This document shows positions 56,593 through 64,000 of a stretch of 64,000 nt of DNA, piece by piece. Both the position numbers and the translations under genes were made by a program. The notes under the pieces were generated by a model that was not told the DNA's origin, did not search any database, and saw only the letters and a list, made by a program, of their open reading frames with translations. This DNA comes from an uncultured virus (IMG/VR IMGVR_UViG_3300044642_001197) (Duplodnaviria > Heunggongvirae > Uroviricota > Caudoviricetes), in the IMG/VR virus record IMGVR_UViG_3300044642_001197. The stretch is one strand, 5' to 3'. How positions within the stretch are numbered: the stretch's first letter is position 1; each line of letters starts with the position of its first letter.

Positions 56593-58467
56593 ATGTCCAC
56601 CCTGGAAGATTCATTTAGCGAGCTGGGCGGGAACTTTCAGCAGCCCAGGCGGGCCTATCGTTTCCCAGATAACAACTCCCACCCGCTTTCTTCTTTCACC
56701 CGGAGAGGCGTGGCGCCCAGAGAGCCGGAGGGGGAGATTTCCGATCGTTACATGGACTTGTTGGCCCAGAAAGTGAAGATCGCTGAGGCGCGCACCGCCG
56801 GACTAGCGAAGATGCGGGATTTGAGCGCCGCAGAACTGGAATCCGTGCAGAGGAACCAGACCCTTGAGGATTCGACCAACGCATTCGAGCTGTTGCGTGC
56901 GGCGAACCCGAAAGACCCGAGCTTCGAAGCCACGGCTGTAGAGATCCACAAGAACTACCCCCGGGCGATGCTCGACCAGGAGTTCAAGAACGCGTTCGAC
57001 TACATGCAAGGCGTATTCACTGGCACAGTGAAGGCCGATCAGCAGTTGAAACGGAACGAACAAACCCAACAGAACATGTTGGACCGGCAGGAGATTTCCT
57101 CCCAGACGCAGGCGGTGGATAAGCTGGGGCCGCAGTATACGGACCTGCTCCGGCAGGAGATGGATCAGCTTGGGCCCGACGCGTCGGCGGCGAACAAACG
57201 CCAAGTGATCCAAAAGATTCAGCAAAAGGCGGCGATCGACGACACGGACCGCAAATTGGCGGCGGCAGGGTTGGAGTGGGAGGCTCGCCGCTCTGGCGAC
57301 AGAGGCCGGGACCAGTTGTTCGACCAGAACACCGGGGCCTACGATTTCAAAAAAGCGCAGCAGTGGCTGGACGACGAGGCCATCACAAAAAACCAGCTCA
57401 ACGCGGCGAATGAGATTTTGAAGGAAGCGGCGAAGAACAAAGATGACCCGAACTGGCTCGCGCAAAACGCCGAAGCGTTCCAGGCCGCGACAGACATTCG
57501 CAATCGCGTGATGAGCAAACGGAGCCGGGAATCCGTGGACCCCGCGTTTGAGGCCGTGGCGGGGCCGACACGGCTACTGGAACGGTTGAACGCTGAATAC
57601 GAAGAGTTGAAGAAGGCTGGGAACGAAAAAGGCATGGAGTTGAAGCTGGCGGAGATCAAGGAGGCGGCGGCCATTCGTCGGCAGGCGGCTGAGGCGCATC
57701 CCGGGTTTAACATTAGCACCGTGCCTGTGGGTAATGAGACCCCGACGCAGGCTCAAAACCGAGCGAAAGACACGCTGCGGGCAATGGCCCTGTGGCCCGT
57801 TGACGAACCCATCATTCTCAACGGAAAGCTGGAAACATGGACGAAAGGAAAGCTAAAAGCACTTTTGGCCGGTCCTCAAACAGCTTCGACCAAAGAGCCG
57901 GTGGCCGGGTCGACATCTGCCAATCAGTTGCCAAACAACTCCACGCCTTTGCCGGGCGCCGCCCCCAAGGGGCAAGCGTCCGAAACGACGGTGCCCCAAA
58001 CTGAGGCGCAACCGGTGGAGCCACTTGGCGAGGACGCTCAACGTATCCTGGAACAGACGAGTGTTCCTAGTGATGGTGTGTGGGCGAAAATGGTAGAAAA
58101 GGTGGAAGGCGGGGAGAAAGGATCTCCCGCTCAAGAAGCTGTGTGGGGGTGGATGCGGAGCAACGCCAAATACGCGGAGGCTCAAGAGCGGAACACCAAG
58201 CTAGTTGAACTCTACCAAGCAGAAAAAGCCGCAAACGGCGGGTCTTTGCCACCTGAAAAGGAGAAAGCCTACGAACAAGCGCAGCTTGAAATTATGGCTG
58301 ATTTCGACCCGGCAACAAACCACTGGGGCCGCGACGGGGTCCTTGGGTTCCGCCCGGCATTCAGCCCAAAAGAGCGGGAGCAGTTCGTAAAAATGCGTGA
58401 ACGCGGGCTGGCGTTGCGCCGCGCTCGGCAAGAGGCGATATCCAACAAACTTACGGCCCAGCAGTAA
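56593..58467 (+). CDS. putative internal virion/ejection protein
   Basis: 624 aa, helical and A/Q/E/K-rich. Confidence 0.55.
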   Translation: MSTLEDSFSELGGNFQQPRRAYRFPDNNSHPLSSFTRRGVAPREPEGEISDRYMDLLAQKVKIAEARTAGLAKMRDLSAAELESVQRNQTLEDSTNAFELLRAANPKDPSFEATAVEIHKNYPRAMLDQEFKNAFDYMQGVFTGTVKADQQLKRNEQTQQNMLDRQEISSQTQAVDKLGPQYTDLLRQEMDQLGPDASAANKRQVIQKIQQKAAIDDTDRKLAAAGLEWEARRSGDRGRDQLFDQNTGAYDFKKAQQWLDDEAITKNQLNAANEILKEAAKNKDDPNWLAQNAEAFQAATDIRNRVMSKRSRESVDPAFEAVAGPTRLLERLNAEYEELKKAGNEKGMELKLAEIKEAAAIRRQAAEAHPGFNISTVPVGNETPTQAQNRAKDTLRAMALWPVDEPIILNGKLETWTKGKLKALLAGPQTASTKEPVAGSTSANQLPNNSTPLPGAAPKGQASETTVPQTEAQPVEPLGEDAQRILEQTSVPSDGVWAKMVEKVEGGEKGSPAQEAVWGWMRSNAKYAEAQERNTKLVELYQAEKAANGGSLPPEKEKAYEQAQLEIMADFDPATNHWGRDGVLGFRPAFSPKEREQFVKMRERGLALRRARQEAISNKLTAQQ

Positions 58468-58533
58468 GGACAAAAAGGCTGTCAATAAAACCTTTCCTGT
58501 GGTTTAAGTAACCCGCATCAACCTTCTTCGCCG

Positions 58534-60963
58534 ATGCCCACCTATTTTCTTGAGAACAACACCCCCGTCCAAGGGGATTCAGACAACCGGTTGCTCCACA
58601 AAATCGCGGGGGCTCTTGAGGACGGGGTCACAACCACGAACATCACGACCAAATATCGTGAGAGCTTCGAGACCTACAACCCCAACACACCCGGCTCGCC
58701 CTGGATCCAAGTCCTCGGAAACGGCGACATCGTGCAGGCCGAAGGCAACGCGCTGGCGTGCAGCCACCTGACCATTTCCAAAAGCCCGCTTTTTGCGGGG
58801 ACCGAGACGGTCATTGAAAACCTGGAACGGTTTGCGATGCCGCTCGAGGTGTCGATCGGCGCGCATATGTCGCAGCGGACGATCGGGCAGGAGTTCGCGG
58901 TGGAGATCGTGTCGCTCGACGCGTTGCCCGCACAACCCGACATTGAAATCTCCAGCATTTCTCAGGCGATCAGCACGCTCACCGTTGTCACCACAACTCC
59001 GCACGGACTTGTTCCCGGGAAACGCATCGGAATCACGGGCTGCTCCAACCCGCTCGCCAATTATCCCGCGCTTGTAATCGCCACGATTCCGACGCCCACC
59101 AGTTTCACCGCCACGGCTGGCCCCGGCGGGACGATCCCTTCGCAAACAATCGCCAACCCGGCGGGCGCAAAAGGCTCGGTGTATTTCCGCCCCGCGCTGG
59201 GATACGCGAAGGACGGAACCAGCCTCATTTTCGAGAACACCACGGCGACCAACGCCAGCGGTTACATCCGCAGCGATGCGGGAGACTCGCTGCCCAGCGG
59301 CACCGCAGCGGGCAACCACTCGGCAGCGATCCTGACCACCGCGAGCGTGCAGGCAATCAACGCGACCGGCGCCTACGCATTCCAACCGACCAACGAATAC
59401 AGGCTCACCCTCATGGCCGACCGCGTCCAGTGGGCAGCCACGCCGGTGGACTCCACCGCCGGGTGGACCTCGTTTGTCAACCGCACCCAGGTGGTGCCCA
59501 ACAACTCGAAGCCCTACAAGTTCCGGCTCCGAGCGGCCAACAACAAGGCGTTGACGGTGCCGAGCGCGCAGATTGTTTCCGCAGTCAAGAGCGGCACCAC
59601 CACGGCCACGATTACCACCGATGTTCCGCATAATCTGGTAACGGGCGACCCGGTGGTTCAATACGGCATTCGTGACCAAGCGGCGGCGAGTTTCCCGAAT
59701 ATCATTACGGCCACAGCAGTCACGGTAACTGGACCAAACACCTACACCATCACTGTCGGCACGGCTTCCACCGTTACCAGCTACGGCGGTTATGTTGCCA
59801 AAGTTCAAGGCGGGAATCTCATGTCGGCGCTCGGCGCGCTAACGATGGCCGCGCAGTCCGCCACCATTGTTTCCGGCGTGTTGACGCTCGTAGGGAGCGC
59901 CGCGTGGTCCGGCATCCTCATCGGTGAGTTCGCCGAGCTTGTCGGCATTCGTGACGCGGCTACCGGCGCCAGCCTTGGCATTGACGGTGCGTGGCGTGTG
60001 CGCGACATCGCAACCACAAACCTTGTTCTTGAATACGTCGGCGGCGACACCGTTCCCGCCACGCTGAACACGACCAACTGCGGCGGCGGCATCATCAAGC
60101 GCACGGACCTCAGAATCTCTTTCCTCCGCGTGTTCGACTTCGAGCGCGAGCGCGTGGAGATGATGTCGCGGCCTTCTGGCGACATTGCCAACTCTGTGGG
60201 GGTCTCGGTCAACAACACGCCCTCCGTTGCGCAATCGGGCTCATGGACATTCGGTTTGTCGGCAGCGCAGACGCTCGCAAGCGTCACGGCGGCAAACCTC
60301 GGGATTCCCGGCACCAACGCCGACGTTTTTTCCTCGGCTCTCACCGCCACCGCGACAACGGCGGCTTTCACTCCCTCGTTTGGTTGCGCCTACGAGGTCA
60401 ACATTCCTGTCACAGCGGTAACCGGCACAAACCCAACTCTAGACGTTACCATTGAGGAATCCGACGACGGCGGCACCAATTGGTTCCGCGTTTACGATTT
60501 GCCCCGCATCACCGCGGCCGGCATCTATCGCAGCCCGAAACTCCCTCTGACCGGGAACCGTGTGCGCTACGTGCAGACCGTGGGCGGAACGAATCCGAGT
60601 TTCACGCGAGCCATCAACCGCCTCCAATGCTCCGACATGGCTGACCCGGTGCGGCAGAACGTGGACCGCAGCGTTGTGTTGACCACGCTGAACAGCACCA
60701 CCCCGAGCCTCAACGCGCAGAACTGCCGCAACGCGCAGATCATAGTGAATATCGGGGCCGCCACCACGGCACCGGCGCTCCAGCTTGAGGGCTCGGACGA
60801 CAACGGCGCGACATGGTATGCACTCGGCTCGCCGCTCACGGCGGTCGCAAGCTCCACGGTTCGGGCCACCGTCAACGACGTGCAGGCCCAGCTCCTCCGG
60901 GCTCGCGTGAGCACAGCGGGAAGCGCCGTCACCGCTGGCTACGTGACCGTGAAAGGATTCTAA
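58534..60963 (+). CDS. tail fibre/spike-like protein
   Basis: T/A/G-rich beta protein; two T..T..PH(G/N)LV.G repeats and two E.SDD.G..W repeats. Confidence 0.65.
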   Translation: MPTYFLENNTPVQGDSDNRLLHKIAGALEDGVTTTNITTKYRESFETYNPNTPGSPWIQVLGNGDIVQAEGNALACSHLTISKSPLFAGTETVIENLERFAMPLEVSIGAHMSQRTIGQEFAVEIVSLDALPAQPDIEISSISQAISTLTVVTTTPHGLVPGKRIGITGCSNPLANYPALVIATIPTPTSFTATAGPGGTIPSQTIANPAGAKGSVYFRPALGYAKDGTSLIFENTTATNASGYIRSDAGDSLPSGTAAGNHSAAILTTASVQAINATGAYAFQPTNEYRLTLMADRVQWAATPVDSTAGWTSFVNRTQVVPNNSKPYKFRLRAANNKALTVPSAQIVSAVKSGTTTATITTDVPHNLVTGDPVVQYGIRDQAAASFPNIITATAVTVTGPNTYTITVGTASTVTSYGGYVAKVQGGNLMSALGALTMAAQSATIVSGVLTLVGSAAWSGILIGEFAELVGIRDAATGASLGIDGAWRVRDIATTNLVLEYVGGDTVPATLNTTNCGGGIIKRTDLRISFLRVFDFERERVEMMSRPSGDIANSVGVSVNNTPSVAQSGSWTFGLSAAQTLASVTAANLGIPGTNADVFSSALTATATTAAFTPSFGCAYEVNIPVTAVTGTNPTLDVTIEESDDGGTNWFRVYDLPRITAAGIYRSPKLPLTGNRVRYVQTVGGTNPSFTRAINRLQCSDMADPVRQNVDRSVVLTTLNSTTPSLNAQNCRNAQIIVNIGAATTAPALQLEGSDDNGATWYALGSPLTAVASSTVRATVNDVQAQLLRARVSTAGSAVTAGYVTVKGF

Positions 60964-60966
60964 ACC

Positions 60967-61197
60967 ATGCCGCAACTCACGATTACCGACATCTTCGCCA
61001 CCGACGCGGACGGAATGCGGACTGTGACCGGTTCGTGCAACGGCGTTGTCCGCAGAATCTCCGTCCCCATTTTGGAGTTGGAGCGGTTGACGTTTGAGGC
61101 AGCGCAGGCGCGGTTCATCGAAGAGTTCCGCAAGCTCCTGGCATTGGACCCCAAGCCTTACCCGCTCCCGTTCACCGAGATCACGGTGGAGTTATGA
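60967..61197 (+). CDS. hypothetical protein
   Basis: 76 aa, coupled to the next gene. Confidence 0.55.
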   Translation: MPQLTITDIFATDADGMRTVTGSCNGVVRRISVPILELERLTFEAAQARFIEEFRKLLALDPKPYPLPFTEITVEL

Positions 61198-61643
61198 ACT
61201 GGGTGGGCTTCGCATCGAGCGCGATTGTGCGGGAATTGCCGCGCCACGAGATCGTTGGCCGAGGGTTGCCCCTGCGGTGGTGGGGCGAGTTCCAGCGGGA
61301 CCTTACCTGCCGCTCCATCATTGCGGGCCGTTTTCTTGTGCCCGACGGATTTCTTACTGACGGCGCATCTGTGCCGCGCCCTGTCTGGGCGCTGCTCGAC
61401 GCGTCCGACCCGGACATCCTGTACCCTGCGTTCGCCCACGACTACCTATACGCCGTGCGGGGGGAGCTTCTGGACAGAACGCTTTCAAGGGAGGAGTGCG
61501 ACGCGGTGCTCAAAGAGCAGATGGAAGCGGTGGGCGCGCCCCGGTGGAAGATCGCCGCCGTGTATCGGGCGATCCGGATCGGTGGCGGGCCTGCATGGAA
61601 CAACGCGGCGCATTCAGCCGCCAAATTGCAAACGACTTTATGA
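61194..61643 (+). CDS. DUF1353-like protein
   Basis: VPDGFLTDGASVPR, HDYLY, Y.A.R..G. Confidence 0.8.
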   Translation: MNWVGFASSAIVRELPRHEIVGRGLPLRWWGEFQRDLTCRSIIAGRFLVPDGFLTDGASVPRPVWALLDASDPDILYPAFAHDYLYAVRGELLDRTLSREECDAVLKEQMEAVGAPRWKIAAVYRAIRIGGGPAWNNAAHSAAKLQTTL

Positions 61644-62140
61644 GCAACCCGCGTTCTCTCATTGCCGACATCGCAGCGAAACACATCGGGCTGCGTGAGA
61701 CCACGCCCAACCGTTTCGAGGGGATCGACAAGTTTTGGGCTGCCACCACCTACCCCGACGGCGGCAAAAACCGCGAACCGTGGTGTTCTGCGTTCACAAG
61801 TTACTGCGTGCAGGAAGCCGACCGGCAAAGCGCCGCAATCCGTTTGCGCGTCCCGCCGCGTTTCGCCGCCGTGCGCGACTGGCTCCCGTGGGCGACGAAG
61901 GCCGGGTGCATCGTGTTCTCCGGCACATCGACGGCATACACTCCAGAGCGCGGGGACATCGTTGTCTTTCGCCTGCCGCTGTCACACATCGGCGTTGTCT
62001 CCGGTATCGCTGGGCGCGGCATCGTGGCAACCATCGAGGGCAACACCAACGCCGCAGGCTCCCGCGAGGGAGACGGCTGTTACGAGAAATTCCGCAGTCT
62101 CTCCATCTGCGGGTCGTTTATTCGAATCCCGACGCTCTAG
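61640..62140 (+). CDS. CHAP-domain endolysin/amidase
   Basis: PWCSAF, GDIVVF, SHIGVV, TIEGNT. Confidence 0.85.
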   Translation: MSNPRSLIADIAAKHIGLRETTPNRFEGIDKFWAATTYPDGGKNREPWCSAFTSYCVQEADRQSAAIRLRVPPRFAAVRDWLPWATKAGCIVFSGTSTAYTPERGDIVVFRLPLSHIGVVSGIAGRGIVATIEGNTNAAGSREGDGCYEKFRSLSICGSFIRIPTL

Positions 62141-62211
62141 GAGCGGCCGTGGGCTAATCCCGCCGCTCAAAAGAGCTGACGTAAAGACGGCGTTCTGTCA
62201 TTACTCGGGGC

Positions 62212-64000
62212 ATGTTCTCCGAAGTAGAAGAAGACCCGGAATTGCTGGAAAGCCTTCGTAACCTCAGGAAGTTCGTTGACGGGTTAGAGCCGGCGCCGAA
62301 ACCAGCACCCTCTCTGGGGGATATACCGGAGTCCGAGCTTTCAGATGACCAGAAGCGTCTCGCGCATTTTAACGCGTGGTTGAAGGAACACGGGGATGAG
62401 GACGAAATCGCGCACGCGCGGGCAAAAGCCCCCGTGGACCGCTCGTATCTGAGCGCGGTTCGCCAGGGTTTGGATCAGCCGCTCGAAGGGATTGGGACCA
62501 CGCTGCAACTTTTTGGCGCGGATACCTTGGGCGGGATGCTCAAGGGGATGGTGGACGCGCCGGTCAATTATGAATCGGCCAGCGACAGGTTCATCCACCC
62601 GCAACCCGGCGACACGACCGTGGGCGGGTTTGGTATCGGTTCGCTCCCCCGGGCTGTGGTGGAGCAGGCCGGACAGTTGGCGGGCTCGGTTTTGTCGCGG
62701 GTGGCGGGTGGAGCTGCGGGAGCTGCAATCGGCGGCGCGTTGGGCGCGCCTGCGGCCGGTGTTGGCGCGGCTCCGGGGGCGATTACCGGAGGCGCCGTCG
62801 GCGCGTTTGCCGGTCCGTTTTTGTTTGGCGCCATGCAGATCGCGGGGCCGACGGCGCTGGAGCGTGCGAAAAAGAACGGCCGCTCCAAGGCGAATTTGGA
62901 GGACATTTCTTGGGGGCTCGCCACGGCGGCGGCGTCCGGAGCTTTGGACTCGTTGGGAACCAACTTGCCGGGCGGCAAGAGCGTGATTGGTTCGGTGCTC
63001 TCGAAGTATTTCCCGAAGGCGGGCGCGTTGCTGGAGTCGATGGCGAAGAAGCCTGTCCAGAACGCTGCGGTGGATATTTTGGGCGAAGGTCTCACCGAGA
63101 CCTCGCAGTCAGGCATCGAGCAGTATGGTGCGTCGGCCAACACGCCGGAGGGCGCCCAAGTCGATTTCAAACAAGCGGTGGGCGAAGGGTTGATGGGGGC
63201 GGGCACCGGGCTCGCGCATACCCTGGGGCAATCCGCCTACGAAAAGTGGAAGAAGAACCAGGACGCGCTGCAGGGGGTTCAAGCGGATCTCGTTCAGAAC
63301 GGGGCTGTGCAGACGGCTGAGGAATTGGCCAAGATCCAGGAGCAGCGATTGGCGGAAGCTCTTGCACAAGCAGACGCGTTGCTTGCCGAGGATGAGAAGG
63401 CACCCGGCGATCCGCCTTCCGGGGCTACGGATGTGTTCCCAGTGAACGCACCCAAGCCTCCTGCACCGCCCACGGGGCCCGCCGCCACACCGGCACCTCC
63501 TACGGCTTCTGTAACGCCGCCGGAGACCGCACCGCCCGAGCCTGTGACTCCTGAGCCTGTGACTCCTGAGCCTGTGACTCCTGAGCCTGTGACTCCTGAG
63601 CCTGTGACTCCTGAGCCTGTGACTCCTGAGCCTGTGACTCCTGAGCCTGTGACTCCTGAGCCTGTGACTCCCGAGGTTGTGACCCCTGAGCCTGTGGCCC
63701 CTGAGCCTGTGACCCCTGAGCCTGCACCCACCGAGGTTGCGCCCACCGAGGTTGCGCCCACCGATGTCGTGACTCCAGAGGTTGTAACTCCGCAACCTAC
63801 GCCCCAGAAGCCTTTGAGCAAGAAGGCCCAGCTCGCGGCAGAGCGCGCGGCCAAAAAAGCGGAAGCTGAAAGGGAGAAAGAACTTATCGCGGCAGGGCGC
63901 GCTTACGCAAAAAAAGAGCTTATTGAAGAGGTATTGGACTCCGGGCGAATTCCCCATGTATCGGTAGTGCAGCGGAGGACTGGGGACAAGAATTTCAACG
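62212..64000 (+). CDS. large internal virion protein, truncated by the window end
   Basis: Frame read from MFSEVEEDPELL; Gly/Ala hydrophobic stretch and PVTPE repeats in the same frame; absent from the track, consistent with no stop before the window end. Confidence 0.65.
   Translation, partial: MFSEVEEDPELLESLRNLRKFVDGLEPAPKPAPSLGDIPESELSDDQKRLAHFNAWLKEHGDEDEIAHARAKAPVDRSYLSAVRQGLDQPLEGIGTTLQLFGADTLGGMLKGMVDAPVNYESASDRFIHPQPGDTTVGGFGIGSLPRAVVEQAGQLAGSVLSRVAGGAAGAAIGGALGAPAAGVGAAPGAITGGAVGAFAGPFLFGAMQIAGPTALERAKKNGRSKANLEDISWGLATAAASGALDSLGTNLPGGKSVIGSVLSKYFPKAGALLESMAKKPVQNAAVDILGEGLTETSQSGIEQYGASANTPEGAQVDFKQAVGEGLMGAGTGLAHTLGQSAYEKWKKNQDALQGVQADLVQNGAVQTAEELAKIQEQRLAEALAQADALLAEDEKAPGDPPSGATDVFPVNAPKPPAPPTGPAATPAPPTASVTPPETAPPEPVTPEPVTPEPVTPEPVTPEPVTPEPVTPEPVTPEPVTPEPVTPEVVTPEPVAPEPVTPEPAPTEVAPTEVAPTDVVTPEVVTPQPTPQKPLSKKAQLAAERAAKKAEAEREKELIAAGRAYAKKELIEEVLDSGRIPHVSVVQRRTGDKNFN
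63541..63792. repeat. 15-bp tandem repeat encoding (PVTPE)n
   Basis: CCTGTGACTCCTGAG x8 exact, then about 9 degenerate copies. Confidence 0.95.

Noticed and set aside
1..64000. Stop-codon reassignment
   Set aside because: TAA, TAG and TGA all end genes at sensible boundaries, and long genes are intact under the standard code.

Overview
This window is about 64 kb of a temperate tailed phage with a podovirus-like gene layout. It appears to be the unintegrated (attP-containing) form; a PVC/Verrucomicrobiota host is only a weak guess. The left arm (1-32.2 kb) is almost all minus strand. It holds early genes, a primase-helicase, a family-A DNA polymerase with two inteins, an SF2 helicase fused to a Cas4-like nuclease, a RuvC-like resolvase, excisionase and RHH regulators, and a tyrosine integrase beside a tRNA-3'-end att core. 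The right arm (32.5-64 kb, plus strand) holds an intein-containing large terminase, portal, scaffold, major capsid, tail/fibre proteins, two glycosyltransferase-like genes, a CHAP endolysin, a large truncated virion protein and an inverted moron cassette. The most striking features are: (1) sixteen paralogous small ORFs in three ATGA-coupled arrays, each with a conserved ~20-aa leader (T-S-H-E-Q-A-I/L-A-R-L-M-G-x-D-L-x-V-W) and a hypervariable Gly/Tyr/Asp/Cys-rich body; (2) these arrays bracket a ubiquitin-like module (Ubl, E2, E1/ThiF, JAB) and an AAA+/VWA-metallopeptidase pair; (3) a DNA polymerase intein whose HNH endonuclease is encoded in a different reading frame; (4) two genome-wide operator-like motifs, one shared with the attP arms. 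All calls come from reading motifs by eye; no database searches were run.
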